A stretch of DNA of 64,000 nucleotides from Bacteroidota bacterium (GTDB lineage: Bacteria > Bacteroidota > Bacteroidia > J057 > JADKCL01). A program made the translations under genes and the position numbers. The stretch covers positions 57,568 to 121,567 of the forward strand of contig JADKCL010000006.1 in NCBI GenBank assembly GCA_016718825.1, written 5' to 3'. The notes beneath the pieces were generated by a model, which was given only the letters and a program-made list of their open reading frames with translations, did no database searches and was not told the origin of the DNA. Each line of letters opens with the position of its first letter. Position 1 is the stretch's first letter. Below are positions 47,436 to 56,751 of this stretch, one piece after another.

Positions 47436-48062
47436 ATGCAGCAGTACAACTGCCCCAATTGCGGCGCTCCACTTGTGTTTCATTCATCCGTTTCGGTACA
47501 TACGACCTGCGCGTTTTGCCGGTCGATGGTCGTGCGGCATGACATGAACCTCGAGACGATCGGGCAGGTGGCCGAATTGCTGGATGACATGTCGCCCTTC
47601 CAAGTGGGCACCCGCGGGACCTACAAAGGACAGAATTTTACGCTCGTAGGTCGGATCAAAGTACTTTACGACAAAGGTACTTGGAGCGAATGGTACGCCT
47701 ATTTCGATGACGGACGCGAAGGTTGGCTCGCCGAGGCGCAGGGCAATTACATGATGACCTACGCGGCAGATGCCTCGCGCATCCAATTCGAAGGGGCCAT
47801 CAAACCGCTTGCCGAGGCCAAGATTGATCAGACTTTGTTTTTTGTCGAGGATGTCAAGGAAGTGACCTATGCAGCAAGCGAAGGCGAACTTCCTCAAATT
47901 TTTAAACCCAAGGAACAAGTGACAAGCGTGGACTTGCGGTCAGAAAACGGCGTTTTTGCCTCCATGACCATCAAAGGAGACGGCCGCCACCTTTTTATCG
48001 GCGAATATGTCGAATTCGATACTTTTGACTTTCAATACTTGAGGACGCTCGATGGCTGGTGA
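47436..48062 (+). CDS. DUF4178-domain protein with an N-terminal zinc ribbon
   Basis: The zinc-ribbon cysteines are in CPNCGAP...CAFC. The segment FQVGTRGTYKGQNFTLVGRI...WSEWYAYFDDGREGWLAEAQG is typical of DUF4178. Confidence 0.8.
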   Translation: MQQYNCPNCGAPLVFHSSVSVHTTCAFCRSMVVRHDMNLETIGQVAELLDDMSPFQVGTRGTYKGQNFTLVGRIKVLYDKGTWSEWYAYFDDGREGWLAEAQGNYMMTYAADASRIQFEGAIKPLAEAKIDQTLFFVEDVKEVTYAASEGELPQIFKPKEQVTSVDLRSENGVFASMTIKGDGRHLFIGEYVEFDTFDFQYLRTLDGW

Positions 48063-49298
48063 ACCGACTTCCAAGACTCCGATGGGAGGTGTCAAGGCCT
48101 TCAACTGTCGTAGCTGCGGCGGACAGGTAAACCTGCTTGCGCCGGGACAAACACTTTCCGCAGTCTGTACCCATTGTGGAGCGGTTGCTGATTTGACCGA
48201 TGACAACTTCAAGGTCATCAGCAAGTACAAGGATGCCATGACACGGAAGCCGCTCATCGACATCGGCACCAAGGTCAAGTTTGAAGGCAAAGATTGGCAA
48301 GTTGTCGGATACATGTTGCGCATGGTCCGCGAATTTGACTTCTATTGGGAAGAATACCTGCTGTTTAATCCCTACTACGGATTCCGATTCCTCGCTTGCG
48401 CCTATGGGCATTGGTCATGGATCAAAATGGTGACCGATCTGCCGATTTCGGAGTACAAAAAGACGCATTTCAATTATCAGGGAAATGCATTTCGGCCCTT
48501 GACGCAGGGAAAAGCAGAGGTGATGTTTGTCCTCGGCGAATTCTATTGGAAGGTGCATTTGGGAGATGTTGCCTTTACCTCGGATTTTGTTGCACCACCC
48601 TTCATGCTGTCCATGGAGGCGGAATCCGGCGGCGTCATCTGGTCGCTCGGCCAATATGTCGAGCCCAAAATTGTCGCGGATGCAGTGGGTTTGGACATCG
48701 CGCAAATGCCCAATCGCGCAGGTGTGGGGGCCAATCAGGTCAATCGTCATCAACAAAATCTGAAGCGCCTTACACCCATTTGGCTCCTCAGCATGGTGCT
48801 GACGGTAGCTTTGGGGCTGTTTTTACCGCGCGTGCTCCGAAACAGGTGGCATTGGAGCTGAACTATCCTTATCCGATTGTCGAGGATACCCTTTCCAAGG
48901 AATTCCTGATCGGCGGTGGGATCGACAATGTGGAGATTGAAGTGGCGGCATCCAACGACTTTTCCAACCATTGGCTGGAGTTTGGCGGCATTTTGCACAA
49001 TGTCACCACCAACCAAAACTACGAATTGCTCATTCCCGTCGAGTTCTACGAAGGCAACGACGATGGACACTGGACCGAAGGCTCCAAATCCGCAAGCGTA
49101 GTCCTCAACCAAGTACCGGAAGGCAAGTATGAATTGGTCAGTTCGGTCGCTTCCGATACCACTGGCATGGTCAACATCAAAGTTTGGCGGGGGGTGCCGA
49201 TCTACAGCAATTGGATCTTCGTTTTGATCCTGCTGACGATTTTCCCGGTGGTGTTGTTCATCAAAAGCGCTGGATTTGAGAAGAAACGCAACGAATAA
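48052..49298 (+). pseudogene. Second DUF4178 / zinc-ribbon protein with a C-terminal TM and extracytoplasmic domain, split by a 1-nt frameshift near 48813-48824
   Basis: ORF 48052-48861 (CRSCGG...CTHCG, then WEEYLLFNPYYGFRFL) ends just after a TM helix. ORF 48396-49298 continues sensibly from ...FTARAPKQVALELNYPYP. The frames switch at the G4/T5 runs, consistent with 1 nt missing. Confidence 0.75.
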
Positions 49299-49310
49299 AA
49301 GACAAGGAGC

Positions 49311-49466
49311 ATGAAAAATCGCGTCAATGGCATTCAATTGGTTTATATCGTCATCGCCTTGGTTTCCCTGGGCAGTCTCGCTTATACGCAATCACGCGGC
49401 ATGCGCCTGCTCAATGTCTTTTCCAGCGGATTGAAGGCCCATTCCGGTCGGGAAGCATCAACATAA
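49311..49466 (+). CDS. Possible small membrane protein (51 aa), too short for the ORF track
   Basis: My translation is MKNRVNGIQLVYIVIALVSLGSLAYTQSRGMRLLNVFSSGLKAHSGREAST. AAGGAG lies 4 nt upstream of the ATG. Confidence 0.4.
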   Translation: MKNRVNGIQLVYIVIALVSLGSLAYTQSRGMRLLNVFSSGLKAHSGREAST

Positions 49467-49489
49467 ATAAGATCTCATCGCAAAAGAAT

Positions 49490-49702
49490 ATGGATTTCAT
49501 CGATTTCAAAGTCCTCGCCAATGCAGCCGTATTTTCGGCTGTGGGCATCGTCATTTTCATCCTTGCTGCTTTCATCTTTGAATGGGTCACCCCGTTTAAA
49601 CTCTGGAAGGAGATCGTGGACAATAAAAACATCGCCGTAGCGATTGTGACGGCAGGTGCATTCCTTGGTTTGGCGATCATTGTCGCTTCGGCGCATGGTT
49701 GA
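49490..49702 (+). CDS. DUF350 (YjfL/UPF0719-like) small membrane protein
   Basis: The 70-aa ORF has two TM helices joined by the conserved linker EIVDNKNIAVAIVTAGAFLGLAIIV. Confidence 0.8.
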   Translation: MDFIDFKVLANAAVFSAVGIVIFILAAFIFEWVTPFKLWKEIVDNKNIAVAIVTAGAFLGLAIIVASAHG

Positions 49703-49724
49703 TTGCTTACCAGCGAAAATTGCC

Positions 49725-49767
49725 GTTTGTCAGCCCTTCAGATTGATTCTGGGATGGGCTGACAAAC
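49725..49767. repeat. Second copy of the GTTTGTCAGCCC/GGGCTGACAAAC hairpin
   Basis: The perfect 12-bp arms are at 49725-49736 and 49756-49767. The arm sequence is the same as at 44792-44833. Confidence 0.7.
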
Positions 49768-49796
49768 AGAACACTACACCATTCACCTAGCCCTGG

Positions 49797-51295
49797 ATGT
49801 CCAGATTGCTCCTGCTTTCGGTCTTTGTCATTGCCACCTGCGGACTCATCTATGAGTTGGTCGCAGGCGCCTTGGCGAGCTACCTGCTGGGGGACAGCAT
49901 TACGCAATTTTCGACGGTGATCGGGGCTTACCTGTTCTCGATGGGCATCGGCTCCTTCCTGTCCAAGTACATTCAACGCAACCTCATTCCGACATTCATC
50001 CGCGTCGAAATCCTGATTGGCCTCGTCGGTGGCTTTAGTGCGGCTTTTCTTTTTGTCGTCTTCGAATTCGTCACGGCCTTCAAGTTGCTGCTTTACGGAG
50101 AAGTCGCCATCACCGGTATCTTGGTGGGCCTTGAAATTCCGCTGCTGATGCGCATCCTCAAGGATGAATTCGAATTCAAGGACCTCGTCAGCCACATTTT
50201 CACCTTTGACTACATCGGCGCCTTGCTCGCCTCCATTTTGTTTCCGATCGTGTTGGTACCTCACCTCGGATTGATCCGCACTGCCATGCTGTTCGGCATC
50301 CTGAATGTCGTCGTGGCACTTTGGTCGGTGCATGTTTTCCGCGAAAAAATCAAATCCCCGGGGTCGCTCCGCGCCGCAGGATTGACAGTTTTGCTTGCCC
50401 TCGGAATCGGATTCGGCTACGGGGAAAACATCCTGTCCTTCGCAGAGAGCCAAACCTATCCCGGCAAGGTCGTTTATGCCAAATCCTCTCCCTATCAGCG
50501 GATTGTGCTCAGCCGCGGCCGGGACCACTTCCGGCTGTACCTCAATGGAAACCTGCAATTCGATTCCCGCGACGAGTACCGCTACCACGAAGCCCTCGTG
50601 CATCCCGGACTTTCCGCCGTCAAGAATCCCAAAAAATGTGCTCGTTCTCGGTGGCGGCGACGGCCTCGCTGTCCGCGAAATCTTGAAATATCCATCCGTC
50701 GAGCACATCACGCTGGTGGATTTGGACGCCGAGGTGACCGTGCTGTTCAAAAGCCGCCCCGAACTCGCCGAGATGAATGGCCATGCTTTTTCCAACCCCA
50801 AAGTCGAGGTCATTCATGCCGATGCCTTCACTTGGCTGCGCGATTGCAAGACCAAATTCGACTTCGTGACCGTCGATTTTCCCGATCCGGTCAATTATTC
50901 CGTCGGGAAACTCTATTCGCTGAGCCTGTATGAGGAACTCGACAAAGTGATGGGGGAGGGGGCGATTGCCGCGATACAAAGCACTTCGCCCTATGTCGCG
51001 CCGATGAGTTATTGGTGCGTCGACCGGACCTTGCGTGAGACAGGTTTTTTACACGGTGCCTTACCATGCTTATGTGCCTTCTTTCGGCGAATGGGGCTAT
51101 ATCATGGCCATGCACCGTCCTTGGGCCATACCAGAAAAGTACCCCGAGGGTCTGCGTTTTGTCGATCCCGAAACCGTAGCGCAGATGCTGCACTTCCCGA
51201 CCGACATGATTCGCACCAACGTGGAGGTCAACCGGCTCAACAATCAGGCGCTCGTGCAATATTTCGAGTCGGAATGGGCGAAATATGAAGAATGA
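49797..51295 (+). pseudogene. Polyamine aminopropyltransferase-like protein with an N-terminal multi-TM domain (COG4262 type), interrupted by two +1 homopolymer frameshifts
   Basis: Three consecutive ORFs (49797-, 50395-, 51035-51295) carry successive parts. Deleting one A from A6 (50631-50636) restores ...AVKNPKNVLVLGGGDGLAVREIL, the spermidine-synthase motif. Deleting one T from T6 (51045-51050) restores ...RETGFYTVPYHAYVPSFGEWGY.... Confidence 0.85.
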
Positions 51296-52913
51296 CCCGC
51301 TTTCCCGAAGGCAATTCCTGACCCGCGCCGGATTGGCAGGTTTGGGAATTTTGGCTTTGGGCGGAGGCGCTTGGTCCTGCAAAAACGAGGCGAATGCAAT
51401 CCCCGGCAGCCTTTTGGGGCCGGATGTTGAAAATGGACACCGTTTGCGGGAGGCCATGGCCCGTCCCAAGGTCGTCCAAACGATTAAAACGGACATACTG
51501 ATCGTCGGAGGCGGCGTTGCCGGACTCGCTGCTGCCTGGCAATTGCGCCAAAGGGGCATCCACGATTTTGTTTTGCTGGAAATGGAGGGCGAATGCGGCG
51601 GAAATTCCCGTGGCGGAACGCAAAACAGCTTGCGTCACCCTTGGGGAGCGCATTATTTGCCCGTTCCCGATGGCAACAACCTGCCTTTGATGCAGTTTTT
51701 GCAGGAAAACGCCGTCGTCAAAGGCTTTGATCTTGCAAATCGTCCCATTTTCAACGAATTGTACCTTTGCCATTCCCCGCAGGAGCGCCTGCTCATTCAT
51801 GGCACTTGGCAAAAGGGACTCGTTCCCAATCTTGGCGTTCCCGATGCCGAAAAGGCGCAAATCCAGCGGTTTTTTGCCGAAATAGACGCTTGGAAGCAAC
51901 GCATCGGCAACGATGGTAAGCCCGCTTTTGCGATTCCCGCCGATGAGAGTTCGCAGGATCCGGATTTCCTGCAACTGGATCTCCAAACGATGGCCGCTTG
52001 GTTGCTGGAAAAGGGACTGAATTCGGAGCATTTGCGCTGGTACGTCGACTATTGTTGCCGCGACGACTTCGGTTTGGGCGTGGACGAATGTTCGGCATGG
52101 GCGGGAATGCACTATTTCGCGGCGCGGACAGGTGGGGGAGCGAATGCAGAAAGCGGGGCGGTTTTGACGTGGCCGCAAGGCAACGGTTGGCTGACCGAAC
52201 GCTTGCGGGATGGACTTTCGAACGGAAAGCAGGTATTGCAGCGGAAAATGGTTTTCTCCTTGGAGAATATGCCGGAGGGTGTCGAAGCCTTGGCGCTCGA
52301 CCTCGACCGCGCGGGCGAATGTGTACGCGTGCAAGCGCGCGCGGCCGTGTTCGCGGGTCCGCAATACGTGGCAGCGCATGTGGTGCGCGGGCATTCGGGC
52401 CTGAATCCTGCCTTCACGTATGCGCCATGGATGGTCGCCAACGCACGTGTGAAACTCAGAGGAAATTCCGCGCTCAGCGACATCCATTGGGACAATGTCG
52501 CCTACGGCCGCCCGTCGCTCGGATATGTTTATGCCGGGCAGCAAGGTCTGCAAGGCAATATTCCCGAGGAGGCGATGCTCACTTGGTACGAACCACTGAC
52601 CGGAATGGCGCCCGTTGCGGCCCGCAAGCAGGCTTTGGAAAAGGACTACGCCCATTGGCAGGCGTATGTGATGGCAGATTTGGAGTTTATGCACCCCGGT
52701 TTGGTCGCGGATGTCAAGCAGCTCGATGTCTGGCGCTGGGGCCACGGCATGGTGCGGCCCGTTCCGGGAATGCTTACCGGCAAGCCGATCGCAGCTGCAC
52801 GATTGCCGATCGGGAACATCCACTTCGCCCACAGCGATCTCAGCGGCATTTCGATTTTTGAAGAGGCCTTTCACCGAGGGGTTTTGGCTGCAAATGCGGT
52901 TATTGCGTTGTGA
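51285..52913 (+). CDS. Tat-signal FAD/NAD(P)-binding oxidoreductase (amine-oxidase-like)
   Basis: The twin-arginine signal is SRRQFLTRAGLAGLGILALGGGAWSC. The Rossmann motif is DILIVGGGVAGLAAAWQL. Its start overlaps the end of the SpeE-like gene by 11 nt. Confidence 0.85.
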   Translation: MKNDPLSRRQFLTRAGLAGLGILALGGGAWSCKNEANAIPGSLLGPDVENGHRLREAMARPKVVQTIKTDILIVGGGVAGLAAAWQLRQRGIHDFVLLEMEGECGGNSRGGTQNSLRHPWGAHYLPVPDGNNLPLMQFLQENAVVKGFDLANRPIFNELYLCHSPQERLLIHGTWQKGLVPNLGVPDAEKAQIQRFFAEIDAWKQRIGNDGKPAFAIPADESSQDPDFLQLDLQTMAAWLLEKGLNSEHLRWYVDYCCRDDFGLGVDECSAWAGMHYFAARTGGGANAESGAVLTWPQGNGWLTERLRDGLSNGKQVLQRKMVFSLENMPEGVEALALDLDRAGECVRVQARAAVFAGPQYVAAHVVRGHSGLNPAFTYAPWMVANARVKLRGNSALSDIHWDNVAYGRPSLGYVYAGQQGLQGNIPEEAMLTWYEPLTGMAPVAARKQALEKDYAHWQAYVMADLEFMHPGLVADVKQLDVWRWGHGMVRPVPGMLTGKPIAAARLPIGNIHFAHSDLSGISIFEEAFHRGVLAANAVIAL

Positions 52914-52935
52914 TTTGGCCACAAAGACACGAAGA

Positions 52936-54400
52936 TTTCTATGATCAAATCCTAATTTAGACGCAAAAGATTATTTGGTGGACCTTTTTTCGTTTTATTT
53001 ATGACTTGCAGCTCAAAGCGCACGGCTACGCCATCCATCTGTGCCAACACAGCGGTCAATGGGATCTTTGAACCCCTCCCCCGAGGTTTGTTTGTTATGG
53101 TGTAATCAGGCTCTTTTTGATTCTGGATTCCAGTCAACCTGGAATCGCTCCTGCCTGCGAATGACGGAAAATGCCCTGCCTAACAGCTTATTCCTGATTA
53201 TGTTGATTGAAGCCATGGGTTCGACCCCTTCGGCTACTCTTCGTTGGTGATAGGTCTTCAACTCAAGGTCAAATCGTGATGCTGACCATGCGGCAGTGGT
53301 CAAGAGTGCCTTTGCAATCCGGTTGCCCATTCTTGAGATCTTGGTCTTCCCCTTGACACTTGTTCCCGAACTGTGTGGAAATGGTGCTACGCCACAGAAA
53401 CATGCAAATTGCTTGGCGTTGGCAAACAGGGTGAAGTTCTGTGTGAAAACGATGAGCATTACCGCTGTCTCGCGTCCGATCCCTTTAATGGACTTCAGGA
53501 GCTCCATATTTTGCTGGATTTCAGGCACCTCTGCTACAATTTCTGCGATCCTCTCCTCGATACTCACCTTGGATGCAACGAGTTCCTTCACCGCCTTTTC
53601 GGAAAATTTGCCTGTTCCTGCGGCAACCTTGTTTCCCATCTGGGCCGCCTCCCTGATGGGTACGGTCAAAATGCCGATGACCTTGACAAGTCGGTTGCGT
53701 TCTGAAAACAATGCCCGCAACTCGGCGATTTCGTGCGGTGGCCTTTTCCAAAGCTTGGCCTTGTCAATGAAACGACAAGCATAAACCGCAATCTGTCGTG
53801 CGTCAGCTTGGTCGCTTTTCCCACGGACGATCCCCAAACTCCGCTTTATGGCGGTAGGGTTTTCCATCCAAGTATTGAGACTTTTGGCATCACTCGCTTC
53901 CAAGAAAGGGGTGCAGTAATTGCCGGTATGTTCCAAGCAGAAAATCGTGTTTTTCACGTCAAACCCCTTGATTTTCTTCAGTTTCACCAACATCGACTTG
54001 ATTGCCGGTACAAGATTTTCAATCTCATACTCCTCAAGGATTTGGCGAGAGGAATCGCAGATCGCGATGTTCAACGTCAGTTTTGAGACGTCAATTCCCA
54101 CATAATGCGTAAATTGCTCTTGCATAATTATTTTGTTGTGTAGTCCAGCACTGACGGCGACCTCCAAGTCCTTTAATGGATCCGGCAAGATCCAAGTTTC
54201 TATCAGGAGCGTTCCGCAGTTTGGGGGGAGCGTCTAAATCTTCGTATAGGTCATACCTTTGGCACAAGAAGCCGCAGCTCCCCCCTGGACTACGATGAAT
54301 AAAACCAAGGATACAGAAGAATCTTCGGTATCACTTGGAAGAAACGTTATGGGAGCAAACTAAAGGACACAAAGTCCAAAAGCAGCTTTTTCTTCGTGCC
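52936..54400 (-). mobile_element. IS110-family insertion sequence (ends approximate)
   Basis: It contains the transposase CDS below plus about 165 nt of 3' and up to 275 nt of 5' non-coding sequence. Inverted copies of a CACGAAG/CACAAAG word repeat flank it (52918-52934 versus 54392-54416). TTTCTAT occurs at 52936-52942 and 54197-54203. Confidence 0.6.
53106..54125 (-). CDS. IS110-family transposase (DEDD-type recombinase)
   Basis: The preferred start is MQEQFTHYVGIDVSK, which carries the first Asp of the DEDD motif. LEHTGNY follows. The C-terminal Transposase_20-type segment reads LLKSIKGIGRETAVMLI...FCGVAPFPHSSG. Confidence 0.9.
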   Translation of the reverse strand: MQEQFTHYVGIDVSKLTLNIAICDSSRQILEEYEIENLVPAIKSMLVKLKKIKGFDVKNTIFCLEHTGNYCTPFLEASDAKSLNTWMENPTAIKRSLGIVRGKSDQADARQIAVYACRFIDKAKLWKRPPHEIAELRALFSERNRLVKVIGILTVPIREAAQMGNKVAAGTGKFSEKAVKELVASKVSIEERIAEIVAEVPEIQQNMELLKSIKGIGRETAVMLIVFTQNFTLFANAKQFACFCGVAPFPHSSGTSVKGKTKISRMGNRIAKALLTTAAWSASRFDLELKTYHQRRVAEGVEPMASINIIRNKLLGRAFSVIRRQERFQVDWNPESKRA

Positions 54401-54437
54401 TTAGTGTCTTCGTGGCAAGAAATAGAATAAAAATACC

Positions 54438-55546
54438 TTGACCCAAAGTTCAAATTCAATGCAACATAGGCAGCCCTGGATCTACAAATCCTGGGTAGAC
54501 CTGCTGTTCATTGTTGCGCCGGCGTTTCTGGCGACGTTGGTCGTTTTGCTGTTTCCGGGTTGGTTCGAAGATTCGGAGGCGATGCCACCATTGGCTTGGC
54601 TGCTATTGATCGTCGGTGTCGATGTCGCCCATGTTTACAGCACGCTTTGGCGCACCTATTTGGATCCGACGGAGTTTGACCGTCACCGCAACTTGCTCAC
54701 CTACACGCCCATTGCAGTTTGGGTCGGCGGAATTTTGCTGTATTCGATGGGGCCGATGGTTTTTTGGAGAGTATTGGCTTACCTCGCTGTTTTCCATTTT
54801 GTGCGGCAGCAATACGGCTTATGTCGGTCTACGCAAGACAGCAAAACCGACCAAAATGGGAGCGGTGGATCGATGCAACGACAATTTACGGACTCACGTT
54901 GTATCCGATTCTTTATTGGCATACCCACCTCCCACGGAATTTCAGCTGGTTTGTCGAAGGCGATTTTTTGGCTTTGAATGCCCCATGGCTGGCCGAGGTC
55001 GGATTCTGGCTGTATGGGTTGATCGCATTCGCCTATGTCGGCAAGGAATTGAAAATGAGCCTTCAACGGGGATTCAACCTTCCGAAGAACCTGATCGTTT
55101 TGGGCACGGGCTTGAGTTGGTATTGCGGAATCGTCTTGCGCAATGGCGACATGGCCTTCACCGCAACGAACGTCATCGCCCATGGTTTGCCCTATATCGC
55201 AATGATTTGGATCTATGGTCGCAAGAAGCATCCGCCCGAGGCAGCTGCCAAAGCCCCGAATGTCTGGATGAAATGGGGTTTCCGATTGGCATTTTTGCCA
55301 GCTTTTTTAGGCGTTTTGTTGGTTTTGGCCTATTTGGAGGAGGGGCTGTGGGAAGGGCTCGTTTGGCGTGACCATGCTGCGCTGTTTCCTTGGGCCGATA
55401 TTTTGCCATTCGTCAGCGAATCAGCCACCCTTGCGATCATCGTGCCTTTGTTGTCGTTGCCGCAAGTGACGCATTACATTGTGGATGGCTTTATTTGGAA
55501 GCTCCGGAAAAAGGATGCGGACTTGCGGGTGATTGATGAGAAGTGA
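54438..55546 (+). pseudogene. Polytopic membrane protein of unknown function, interrupted by a 1-nt frameshift near 54820
   Basis: ORF 54438-54977 is membrane-like up to ...LAVFHFVRQQYG. ORF 54719-55546 is sensible from ...MSVYARQQNRPKWERWIDATTIYGLTLYPILYWH onward. The frame change is -1. Confidence 0.6.
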
Positions 55547-55560
55547 ATGTTCTTTGTGTT

Positions 55561-55640
55561 GAAAAGCCGCAAAGGCCGCAAAGTCAAACAATCGCCGACT
55601 TTTCACTTATAACTTATCACTTTTCACTTATAACTGAAAG
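55561..55640. repeat. Word-repeat block between convergent gene ends (GCCGCAAAG x2, then GTTATAAGTGAAAAGT x2 on the minus strand)
   Basis: The plus strand reads AAGCCGCAAAGGCCGCAAAGTCAAAC...GACTTTTCACTTATAACTTATCACTTTTCACTTATAAC. The minus-strand gene ends ...VISEK-TGA-TAA inside the repeat. Confidence 0.75.
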
Positions 55641-56749
55641 CGCTTGATCCACAAAATTAAATGGGTAGCGGTGCAGGTTGTCCGTGTTGACCGTGAGGAT
55701 GACTGCGTCGACGTTGGTGATGGTCTGCAGCAGGTCAAATTGGTCGATGAAACGGGCGCCTTGCCATTGGTCGCTGAAGACTTCGTAGTTATAATAGCGG
55801 TATTGGGAGCCGGATGCGAAGCAATTTTTGTGAATGCCTTGGTTGTAGACCTTCCACCAAAAGCTGTCGCCAATCACCAAAACCCGCGGCCGGAGACGGC
55901 CTTCGGTGGCATATTGCAATTCCGGATAGTCGATCGGGGCCGGTTCCAAGTCCCATATCAAGTTGAGGAGATCCCCGGCATCGGCATCGGTATCCCGCAT
56001 TTCCAGCGAGGTCTTGAAGCCTTTGATTTGTGGTCGAACAAAAGACTTGCCGTGGAGGCGTTCGAGTGTATGAATGATCGAATCAGCCGCCAAGGCGGCG
56101 CCGTAATCCGTCCAATGCGTGCCCGTACGCGGATAAATGCGGTGCGGTTTTTTGGTCGCCATCCATTCCTTCAATGGCCCGGCAAAGTCGATCATGTAGG
56201 CATTCGCCTCCTGTAGCGATTTGGCATAGGCGGGGTAATTGGAATTCCCGGGGAATTGCAGGTTTTCGTCCGGCAAATATTCCGGCATCAGCTGCAATTT
56301 GCTGGGCGTGAGCACTGTGAGTAAGGCAATCTGCCGTTGTGCAAGCCAATTTTGTAGGATCAAGGTATGTTCCGTATGGTACTTGACCATGTCCCATCCG
56401 GCGAAATCCTTCCCTTGAATCGTCGCCACGGAGCCGCGGCCGAACAATTCGTTGTCCTTGCCGATCATGACGGAACGGTAGGGCTCGTTGAAGACGGAAT
56501 AGTCGATTTGGTTGCGCAGACGCACCATACTTGCACGCAAACCCATCCAATTGTACATCCGCACGACGTAATTCGTCTGAAAATTCCCATTCAACCACGT
56601 ACTGTCCTTCAGCGGAATCGAATCCACGACTTCCTCGACCCTGCCAGCGGCTTTTCATCGAAAATCTCGGTCTTTTCCTGCACCAAGGGCAAAAAAAGCA
56701 CCGTCAGGATCACCGAAAAACAAATCGTATGCAGGGTTTTCGCTTTCAT
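55617..56749 (-). pseudogene. AlgJ/AlgX-like (SGNH-like) polysaccharide O-acetylation protein, with its N-terminal signal-anchor exon out of frame (1-nt indel near 56639-56655)
   Basis: The ATG at 56749 gives MKAKTLHTICFSVILTVLFLPLVQEKTEIFDEKPLAG and then runs into a stop. The main ORF continues VEEVVDSIPLKDSTWLNGNFQ. The GTHWTDYGA motif is typical of AlgJ-type proteins. The gene is adjacent to the MBOAT gene. Confidence 0.7.
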
Positions 56750-56751
56750 GG

